This document shows positions 1 to 7,582 of a stretch of 8,567 nt of DNA, in pieces; within the stretch, counting starts at the first letter, position 1; each line of letters opens with the position of its first letter. A program made the translations under genes and the position numbers. The notes beneath the pieces are model-generated. The model was not told the DNA's origin and made no database searches. It worked only from the letters and a program-made list of their open reading frames with translations. This DNA is from Amoebidium appalachense (lineage: Eukaryota > Protista > Ichthyosporea): positions 1 to 8,567 of the forward strand of contig CAVNZM010000098.1 in the NCBI GenBank assembly GCA_963693365.1, read 5' to 3'.

Positions 1-365
1 TGTCATATAAAACACAACCAACACAATAGAGAGAGAGGGCAATCGGAGTTGTTCACGACACGAGAAAGATTGAAACAACAACTGACGTTTATTGCACTCT
101 CGGACCTTTTTGTTCTGGCCACTCATCATCTCATCTCATCTAAAAAGAAGAGAACCAATCGGGTTCCTTCAACTACAGAGCAAATACATTCCAACGAGAA
201 AACGCTTTCTAACTTCCGTTACAACAGAAGCTTAGAAACTCTACTTAAATAATTTAAGTAACTCAAACAACTTGTCACTATTAATACACATATATATTTA
301 CATTCGTCTCTATAAAGAAACTCATCTAAATACATATATTTCCTGAGAGTCGACACTCTCAGAGT

Positions 366-418
366 TGTGCTGATGAGCACTCGTCGACTATCGCCGATAA
401 GCGAAACCGATATTCACA
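366..418 (+). ncRNA. possible degenerate type I hammerhead ribozyme
   Basis: TGTG-CTGATGA(370-376)-GC...GC-GAAA(403-406)-CCGATA-TT-CACA: both core boxes, a 2-bp closing stem II and a 4-bp stem I. Stem III is mismatched. Confidence 0.3.
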
Positions 419-672
419 TTGGTGGATATCCATCCACGCTGATATCTTGATGTCTATCCACCTGCAAATAAAACACGGTAGACAGACCTCGGAAGGTCAG
501 TCTGGCAAGTCTCGAAGCAGGCTACAAACATTCGATTCACAGTCACTCTCAGAGTGGGGACACATCATGGGAAACGGATTCAAATAGATCTAATGTGTCC
601 AATCAAAACACATCTATAAATAGACTGGAATGCAACACCACGGTCTAGAGTTGGGCTCACTCGCGTCTAGTT

Positions 673-714
673 ATTTCATCTCGCCCCCTCCTCCCTTCTT
701 CTTACTCTAAGCTT
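673..714 (+). repeat. left terminal inverted repeat of putative linear chromosome
   Basis: ATTTCATCTCGCCCCCTCCTCC (673-694) is the exact reverse complement of 8546-8567; the match extends to 36/42 by manual alignment. Confidence 0.9.
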
Positions 715-715
715 T

Positions 716-835
716 GTAGGTAGGGGTATTTTTGATGTAGGGAGGGGTAATTTTAGATGGAGGGTGGAGATTTATGAATGTAGGGAGGGGGAATTTTAGA
801 TGGAGGGATAGGAGGGGTGTATTTTAAGTAGGTAA
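716..835 (+). repeat. G-rich subterminal short repeats
   Basis: ATGTAGGGAGGGG(T/G)AATTTTAGATGGAGGG at 735-764 and 778-807, plus partial flanking units; almost no C on the + strand. Confidence 0.8.
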
Positions 836-849
836 GTGGTTCTAGGTTG

Positions 850-1965
850 GGCAGCAAATTGCGTCGGGGGGGAGCCAGGTATTATTTGTGTCTTTCATAT
901 AAATTTAATTTTAATTTATTTTCTTCTCTTAACCGACATTAGTGAGGAATTTCAACCCTAAGCACTAACTAAATGGTAGGATACTTTTCTGGTCAGCTAG
1001 CTTCCGGGGGGGAGCTAGGTATTATAGGTAAACCCTTTTTTTATAGCGAGGATTTTCAGCCATTTACTAAAACCCAAAGTGGTTACATTAGCCCAATTTT
1101 AAAGATAAATTTAGTGTCTTTCATCCCAATTTAGTTCTAGTTTTTAATCTCCATTAGTGAGTAATTTCAATACTTAGCCCGTGCTATATGGTAGGATACT
1201 CTTCTGGGTTGGCAGTCTCCGGGGGAATAGGTATTTGAGGTAAACCTTTAAATGACAGTGACTATTTTTCAGCTATTTACAATATACAAAAGTGGTTACA
1301 TGCACCTTAATTTTAAGCAAAAATAAGTGTCTTTTATAGTTATTTTATTAAAAATTTTAACCCACATTAGTGAGTAATTTCAATACTAAGCTCTAACTAA
1401 ATGGTCGGATACTCTCCGGGCTAGAATTGTTCCGGGGGGAGTTAGGTATTCGAGGTAAACCTTAAAATTACAAAGAGCATTCTCAGCCATTTACGAAAAA
1501 CTAAAATCTATAAAATTCTATTTATGACAAGCACCTTATTTCCAAGAAAAATTTGGTGTCTTTTATAGCCAATTTATTCCCCTGGGGACCTTTAGTTAGT
1601 GAGGAATTTCAATAGTTAGCTCGTCCTAGATTATAGGATACTCTCCTGGTTAGCTTGCTTCCGGGGGGGAGCCAGGTATTATAGGTAAACCCTTTCTTCA
1701 TAGAGAACAATTTCAGCCATTTACAAAATACAAAACTTGTTACATGCACCTTATTTTCAAGTAAAATTTAGTGTCTTTCATAGAAAATTTCTTAAAAATT
1801 TTAACCTCCATTAGTGAGGAATTTCAATACTAAGCTCGTCCTAAATGGTCGGATACTCTCCTGGCTAGATTTGTTCCGGGGGGAGTTAGGTATTATAGGT
1901 AAACCTTAAATTGACAAAGAGCATTTTCAGCCATTTACTAAAAATTAAATTTATTACATTCACCC
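850..1965. repeat. subterminal tandem repeat, unit ~215 bp, about 5.5 diverged copies
   Basis: Anchor CCGGGGG..AGGTATT..AGGTAAACC at 1004, 1219, 1432, 1661 and 1876 (spacings 215, 213, 229, 215), with an internally deleted unit from ~865. Shared blocks TTCAGCCATTTAC, GTGTCTTT, TTAGTGAG(G/T)AATTTCAA and GGATACT. Confidence 0.93.
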
Positions 1966-1978
1966 CAAAACACTACTG

Positions 1979-2085
1979 ATTCCTGCACAATCACAATTGT
2001 TTCATGCACTTCTGTTATTCCTACATTCATGCATAACCACATTTTATTCATGCACTCTTGTTATTCATACACCCATGTCATGCTC
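1979..2085. repeat. short degenerate TTCATGCA-based repeats
   Basis: TTCATGCACTTCTGTTATTCCTACA (2001-2025) resembles TTCATGCACTCTTGTTATTCATACA (2047-2071); additional TCATGC units are present. Confidence 0.65.
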
Positions 2086-2230
2086 AAGAAAAATCGATCC
2101 GGTTATTTTTGTAATATGCTGATATTTTTTGGAATCAATTCTAAATGTTTAAAATCGTACTAAGACATGACCTGCCTAAATGATGATGATAAACCTTTAC
2201 ATTACAATAAATAATAATAGCTTGCTTAGT

Positions 2231-2257
2231 AAAAAGTCCCCTCTCAACTAGGAGAGG
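2231..2257 (-). terminator. hairpin plus T-tract downstream of nad4 (terminator or 3' processing signal)
   Basis: Minus strand CCTCTC-CTAGTT-GAGAGG GGAC TTTTT, starting 18 nt after the nad4 stop. Confidence 0.4.
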
Positions 2258-2275
2258 TAAATCTTAATTAATAAT

Positions 2276-3739
2276 TTAGAAGTAAGTAAGAATCATTAAA
2301 CATGAAGAATGTAATGAGTTAAGGATTACATCTGGATAGATTCCTAGAAGAATTACAAAAAAGATTAAGGGTAAAAGGGCATAAAATTCTCGACGAGAAA
2401 GATCACGAATAAGAACCGTTGAAAGGTATGGACTTAAAGACCCAAAAGACACACGATTGTAAAGAAATAAAGAATATGCAGCAGAGAAGATAACTCCTGT
2501 TGTAGCAAGAAAAGCTATAAATGGGTTATATTGAAAGATAGCTAAAAGAGATAAGAATTCTCCAATAAAATTAGCCGTTAAAGGTAAACCTAAATTAGCA
2601 AGGGAGAATAAAAGGAAAGAAAGAGAAAATAAAGGCATAACTGCAGCTATCCCTCTATAATATTTAAGAATACGAGTATGAGTACGTTCATATAAAAGAG
2701 TTACACAAATGAAAAGAGCGGAACTTGTAATACCATGAGCTACCATCAAGAAGATCGAAGCTTCAAGACCTTGAATACTACATGTAAATAAAGATAAAGT
2801 TACAAGACCCATATGACTAACACTAGAATATGCAATTATACGTTTAAGGTCTATCTGTCTAAGAGTTGTTAAACTAGCATAAATTACTCCTATCACACTG
2901 AATGTAAATACTAAAGGAGAGAAATATACACTAGCGTAAGGGAATAACGGTAAAGAGAAACGAATAAACCCATAAGCACCTAATTTTAATAACACTCCAG
3001 CTAAAAAGACAGATCCAGCTACTGGTGCTTCAACGTGAGCTTGTGGTAATCATATATGAAACGGTACTTTAGGTATCTTAACAGCTAAAGAAGCATAGAA
3101 AGCTAAGAATAATCAAATTTGAGTTGTCTCATCTAATGTTAATCCTGCTGTTGCTAATAAAACTTGATAATCCGTTGTACCCATATTATAATATAACACA
3201 AAAATTCCTAATAACATTAATACCGAACCTACTAAAGTATATAAGAAGAAATAATAAGCAGCTTGAACCTTTTGGCTACGACTTCCTCATACTCCTATTA
3301 ATACAAACATTGGTATTAACACGCTTTCGAAGAATATGTAGAAAGAGATTACATCTAATACAGTGAAAACTAACATTAACATACCTTCAATTAGTAACAT
3401 ACTAATATAAAATTCTTTAATCATGTATTTAATGCTATCTCAACTAGCTAAGATACATATTGGTGTTAATAATGCGGATAAGATGATAAAATTTAATCCT
3501 ATACCATCTATCCCTAATGTAAACGTTCCACCTGCTAATGGTATTCAATCCATACTTGTTAACATTTGAAAATTTGTTCCACTCAAATCATAATCCATTC
3601 AGATTTTTAATGACATTCATAATGTTATTATTGATGTTAATAACGATGTTCTTTTTATTTGTTCTTCTTTTTTCATTCCTAATAATATTATTAATGCTCC
3701 TATTCATGGTAAACTTACCAATATTGTTAATTTTTCCAT
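2276..3739 (-). CDS. nad4: NADH dehydrogenase subunit 4 (mitochondrial), 487 aa, TGA=Trp code
   Basis: Manual translation from ATG at 3739 (in-frame TAG upstream at 3761-3763) runs without frameshift into the 2276..2995 ORF if TGA=Trp (8 in-frame TGA). It starts MEKLTILVSLPWIGALII and contains ND4/NuoM motifs [84 protein letters not shown] and NFIGEF. Ends at TAA (2276-2278). Confidence 0.98.
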
Positions 3740-4701
3740 TCTTACTTTGATTTTTACCCTCTACTATTTTTCTTTCCTAAGATTGTTATTTCTTGCGTAC
3801 GGCACTCTAAATTCCTAGGCCCAGTTACCACGGGAGGACCACTCTTACAGTATCATTACTATAATACGGGGAGGAGCCGTTCAATAGGTAGGCTAATTTT
3901 ATTAATTCAAAAGCTTTTATCATAGATAAATTATATCTTGTTCTTCGCATGAATGGCTAAGATAAATAGGTTATTACATAAGTCGCAAGAATAAACCCCC
4001 TATAGCTACCATATGGTAACTTATCTTTGGCTCATGTCTGCAGCAAGACAAATTATAACTTGTCTTCAATGCCTATAGCATCTAGTATTATTTTTCTTAG
4101 CCTTATCGGGAAAACAGTCTGATGTTTTTAACCTAAACTGGTCACTAGACAAGAGTCTTGGTTATTTTTCATGACAGGGAAAATATTCTCTTATCATCTA
4201 TGATAAAAGCATAAGAATATTTATATTGACTGAAGGAGTCGCTAAATAACTAGACTTTAACTATCTAAAGGTATACTAAATAATCTTATGAGTCTGCCAA
4301 ATTACCGCATCTGCCACAGCTAATCCAATTTATGATTGGTTTTGAAACCTTATACCTACGTTTAAACGCATTAAAGTCTGTGTGTTATATTAAATTTAAT
4401 CTTTAAACTAGATTTGTTAATAAGGAAGTAACTATAACCTTTTAAGATCAATTCAATAAAGTTAATTTATTCTCTTCTCCCTCCGAGTCTATAATTTCTA
4501 ACTTCCAAACTGCGGATTTGAAAATTAGCCTTCTAAATCTTAGATGCTCCAATGTGTTGACTATAGCTAAGCTTGTTTAGAACTAAGTTATTGCACACCT
4601 ATTCAATGAACTGTTACGTATTCTTTTAAATATAGTGGTTTAGAGCTTACTTTAACATATTTATTCGGTATTAATTATACTAGTATCTTATTATTAGGTA
4701 T

Positions 4702-4784
4702 TATCTCTGGTGAGACTTGAACTCACAAGACTATTCATCACTGTATCCTAAATACAGTCCGTTTACCAATTTCGACACAGAGAT
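4702..4784 (-). tRNA. trnL: tRNA-Leu(UAG), intact
   Basis: Minus strand: acceptor ATCTCTG/CAGAGAT plus discriminator A, D-loop with TTGGTAAAC, anticodon arm CTGTA-TTTAGGA-TACAG, long variable region, T-arm GTGAG-TTCAAGT-CTCAC. Confidence 0.95.
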
Positions 4785-4838
4785 CTCATAATCTAATAAT
4801 CTTACGTTCAAAGATACCCCCCCCCAACAAACCTCATT

Positions 4839-5065
4839 AGTTGAAAGTAAGACTTGAAAAGTTTTTACTAGTTTAATGCGAGTACTAAACGAGCTTGTCG
4901 TCGTATGATGACAAGAACATAAGACTTTTATCTTAGCGAGAAAGCTCTACTGAGACTCTAGTACTACCTTGGTACCTACGGAAATCGACGGAACTTTCGC
5001 GGTGCTCCCACCTACAACCAGTACATTAGAAGTTTACTGTTCTACCCTATTTGAGCCCTATCAAT
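4839..5065 (-). pseudogene. trnR: tRNA-Arg(UCU) split in the T-loop by a 152 bp composite insertion (4857-5008)
   Basis: Removing the insert gives ATTGATA GG GCTC AAATAGGGTA GAAC A GTAAA CT-TCT-AA TGTAC TGGTT GTAGG TG^CAAGT CTTAC TTTCAAC T. Several stem mismatches. Confidence 0.7.
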
Positions 5066-5076
5066 TAGCCTTGTAA

Positions 5077-5376
5077 TAGGTATTGCAGGACTTTCGTAGG
5101 AAGGGTCCAACTAGCTTAGGAGAGATCTTGCGCACTTAAAAAAGATCCTGCGCACTTAGGAGAGATCCTGCGCACTTGGAAGGGACCTTGTCGCTAGACA
5201 TAAGTCTATACTCTTGCCTTAACCAGCAAACAAACTTACAGCTGTAATTTTGTAAGAATTATGCTCTACCAATTGAGCTAAATGCGAGTTGCGAGTTCTA
5301 GACGAGCTTGTCGTCGTATGATGACAAGAGCATAAGACTCTTCTCTTAGCGATAAGGCTCTACTGAGACTCTACCT
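5077..5376 (-). pseudogene. trnV: tRNA-Val(UAC) with insertions in the acceptor stem (~5283-5371) and T-loop (~5095-5232)
   Basis: AGGTA^TT TA GCTC AATTGGTA GAGC A TAATT CT-TAC-AA AATTA CAGCT GTAAG TT^..AAGT CCTGC AATACCT A. After joining, the acceptor AGGTATT/AATACCT, the D-stem and the anticodon stem are all perfect. Confidence 0.75.
5115..5194. repeat. 20 bp tandem repeat x4 (CTTAGGAGAGATCCTGCGCA)
   Basis: Units start at 5115, 5135, 5155 and 5175; the array lies inside the T-loop insertion of the trnV pseudogene. Confidence 0.85.
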
Positions 5377-5549
5377 CAATCCTATCCCCATCCCTTTAGA
5401 TATACCTTGGCCCTATAATTCTTGGCTTCCCCGATGAATGATCTTCTAATTAACCACTAAAATTAATATTCAACAATCAGCACTAAAGCAGAAACAATAG
5501 GCCTTTCACTCTAAAGAGCCCACCTTTAGCAAAAGATCCAACTATCCTG

Positions 5550-5632
5550 TGTACTTAAAGGGACTTGCATAACCCTCAACTTTATTTCTCACTGTATTAT
5601 AAGAAAAGCGTGCATTAAGAAACTATAACTAT
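5550..5632 (-). pseudogene. degenerate tRNA remnant (identity unclear) with 3 extra nt in the T-loop
   Basis: T-arm GAGGG TT[ATG]CAAGT CCCTT followed by TAAGTAC A; 5' ATAGTTA TAG pairs 5/7 with it. Anticodon arm not resolvable. Confidence 0.4.
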
Positions 5633-6100
5633 CAATCGCGAGAATTTATCTATTGAGACACAGAGATTAAGTTATTCTCGTAATTAATCCAATTATAAAG
5701 AAGGCACAAATCGAACTTTATACTCTACAATAGAGCGACCTTTCTCAAAAGAACTTGCTTACAAGAGTTTCAGTAGAGCCTTATCGCTAAGAGAAGAGTC
5801 TTATGCTCTTGCCATCATACGACGACAAGCTCGTTGTGAGAGTCTCTAAAGAGCCTTATCGCTAATAAACTTATGCTCTTTGACTCTGAGGAGCCCAAGA
5901 GTCTCAGTTGAGCCTTATCGCTAAGGAACTTATGCTCTTGGGTACCTACGGAAGCCTACGGAACTTTCGCGGTGCTCCAATCTGAGGATCCCAAACTCGT
6001 CTAGTATTCGCAACTCGTATTAGTACTCGAAACTCGCAATTCACCTTGTACGGGTAAGGAGAATTTTACAAATCACCTCTTCTTCCCCTTCGTCATTTCT

Positions 6101-6349
6101 TGGATCTAATAGGACTTGAAAATTTCTTACTACTTTAACTTTTTCCGTCAAGGGAAAGAACCAATGACTCTTGTCTGGTGACAAGTCTCATGGCAAGAGC
6201 ATAAGACTATTTGTCTTAACGACAGAGTACTCTTAGAGCGGTGACTCTACTGAGACTCTAGTACTAACTTGGTACCTACGGAAATCTACGTAACTTTCGC
6301 GGGGCTCCAACTTATAATCTTCAGTTTGTAAAACAGATGCTATATGCCC
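6101..6349 (-). pseudogene. trnV: tRNA-Val(UAC)-like pseudogene, D-arm deleted, 190 bp T-loop insertion (6119-6308)
   Basis: GGGCATA TAGC (D-arm missing) A TCTGT TT-TAC-AA ACTGA AGATT ATAAG TT^CAAGT CCTAT TAGATCC A. Confidence 0.6.
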
Positions 6350-6445
6350 GTAACGTATCTCGGATTTCGCACTTACTCTGAACCTTACTTGTTGTCTCAT
6401 GACAAGAGCATAAGACTATTCTCTAAGTTAGAAGTCCGTTAACGA

Positions 6446-6583
6446 ATTCTCTGATAAAACTTGGTACCTACGGAAATCGACGGAACTTTCGCGGTGCTCC
6501 ACCCCATAACATATTCATTGGAAGTGGTCCTGCCGTGGTAACTCTGAACATCCCAAATGCTCTATTATTTGAGCTATAGAGAT
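6446..6583 (-). pseudogene. trnG: tRNA-Gly(UCC) copy A with a 28 bp anticodon-stem insertion (6527-6554) and a 37 bp T-loop insertion (6464-6500)
   Basis: ATCTCTA TA GCTC AAATAATA GAGC A TTT^CA CT-TCC-AA TGAAT ATGTT ATGGG GT^CAAGT TTTAT CAGAGAA T. Confidence 0.65.
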
Positions 6584-6644
6584 AATAAGTGCTAAGAGGA
6601 GTTACATCAACATGCTTCACTAATTAAGTGGAATGTTTGTAACG

Positions 6645-6934
6645 TATCTCTGATGAGGCTTGAAAAGTTTTTACTATTTTAACTTATCCCGTCATGGGAA
6701 AGAACCAATGACTTTCGTCTGGTGACAAGTCTCATGGCAAGAACATAAGACTATTTGTCTTAACGACAGAATACTCAACAAGCGGCTACTCTACTGAGAC
6801 TCTAGTACGAACTTGGTACCTACGGGAATCGACAGAACTTTCGCGGTGCTCCAACCTATAAGATTTCATTGGAAGTAACCCTGCTGTGGTAACTCTGAAC
6901 GTCTCAAAGGCTCGACCAATTGAGCTAAGGAGAT
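6645..6934 (-). pseudogene. trnG: tRNA-Gly(UCC) copy B with a 28 bp insertion (6878-6905) and a 190 bp T-loop insertion (6663-6852)
   Basis: ATCTCCT TA GCTC AATTGGTC GAGC C TTT^TA CT-TCC-AA TGAAA TCTT ATAGG TT^CAAGC CTCAT CAGAGAT A. Confidence 0.65.
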
Positions 6935-7250
6935 AAAAGGTATCGAAAGGAGTTACATCAACATGCTTCACCAATTAAATTAGATGCTTGTAACGTATCT
7001 ATGATTAGGCTTGGTACCTACGTAAATCTACGGAACTTTCGCGGTGCTCCAACCTATAAGATTTCATTGGAAGTAACCCTGCTGTGATAACTCTGAACGT
7101 CTCAAAGGCTCAACCAATTGAGCTAAAGAGATAAAAGGTATCGAAAGGAGTTACATCAACATGCTTCACCAATTAAATTAGATGCTTGTAACGTATCTAT
7201 GATTAGGCTTGGTACCTACGTAAATCTACGGAACTTTCGCGGTGCTTCAC
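6812..7250. repeat. 198 bp near-perfect tandem duplication (~2.2 copies)
   Basis: R1 starts at 6816, 7014 and 7212, and the intervening sequences are nearly identical; a more diverged copy lies at ~6460-6662. Confidence 0.92.
6996..7132 (-). pseudogene. trnG: tRNA-Gly(UCC) copy C with a 28 bp insertion (7076-7103) and a 37 bp T-loop insertion (7014-7050)
   Basis: The 5' part is a 198 bp tandem duplicate of copy B; the 3' part reads CAAG CCTAAT CATAGAT A. Confidence 0.65.
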
Positions 7251-7275
7251 CCTTAAGCTACACTAGTCATATATA

Positions 7276-7500
7276 AGTGGATAGTAGGACTTGTAAATTC
7301 TTATTACTTTAATGCGAGTACTAAACGAGCTTGTCGTCGTATGATGACAAGAGCATAAGACTTTTATCTTAGTGAGAAAGCTCAAAAGAGGCTCTAGTAC
7401 CCACTTGGTACCTACGGAAATCGACGGAACTTTCGCGGTGCTCCAACCTACAACCTATTGATCCGTAGTTAACTATCCTATCCAATTGAATTATATCAAC
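7276..7500 (-). pseudogene. trnR: tRNA-Arg(ACG) split in the T-loop by a 151 bp composite insertion (7294-7444)
   Basis: Removing 7294-7444 gives GTTGATA TA ATTC AATTGGATA GGAT A GTTAA CT-ACG-GA TCAAT AGGTT GTAGG TT^CAAGT CCTAC TATCCAC T. T-stem perfect, acceptor 6/7 paired. Confidence 0.8.
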
Positions 7501-7511
7501 TATTATCTGAC

Positions 7512-7582
7512 TGCACCATAGTGGAATCGAATCACTATTATTGATATGAAAATCAAGGTCTTAACCGTTAGACGAATGGTGC
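7512..7582 (-). tRNA. trnE: tRNA-Glu(UUC), near-intact but non-canonical
   Basis: Acceptor GCACCAT/ATGGTGC perfect, Glu-type D-arm GTC-TAACGGTTAA-GAC, anticodon stem TTGAT/ATCAA with only a 6-nt loop TTTCAT, T-arm AGTGA-TTCGATT-CCACT with an A53:C61 mismatch. Confidence 0.75.

Larger units (their letters stand above)
4857..7310. repeat. dispersed 17-18 bp AT-rich element R3 (AAAAGTTTTTACTAGTTT-like), 4 copies
   Basis: 4857-4874, 6119-6136, 6663-6680 and 7294-7310, each between CTTG and AA, the same site type as R1. Confidence 0.75.

Noticed and set aside
49-252. 67 aa plus-strand ORF
   Set aside because: Short, non-ATG start and no recognisable motif.
1-330. LTR-like hints (TGTCA at the window start, AATAAA on the minus strand, TATA-like tracts)
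   Set aside because: No second LTR, primer-binding site or coding remnant is visible; such short motifs are common in AT-rich DNA.
2276-2995. 239 aa ORF as a complete or truncated gene
   Set aside because: It is only the 3' half of nad4. The upstream TGA codons include conserved Trp positions (HIWLP, GVWG), so the truncation is a genetic-code artefact.
3124-3750. Plus-strand ORFs 3124..3366 and 3538..3750
   Set aside because: Antisense shadows of nad4 with low-complexity L/I/F composition.
4330-4570. Further very degenerate tRNA-like traces (also ~5690-5735, 6584-6644, 6935-6995, 7194-7268)
   Set aside because: Only isolated D-arm or T-arm-like words are visible; no full cloverleaf or reliable anticodon could be assembled.
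4857-5008. Composite T-loop inserts as group I or group II introns
   Set aside because: I could not find GUGYG...AY ends, a domain V, or group I P7 core motifs in them.
6878-6905. R2 resemblance to the LSU rRNA motif CAGAAAAGTTACCACAGGG
   Set aside because: Only about 11 contiguous bases match and there is no flanking rRNA similarity; may be chance.
6786-6974. 62 aa minus-strand ORF
   Set aside because: It runs through the trnG pseudogene and the R1/R2 repeats; no protein motif.
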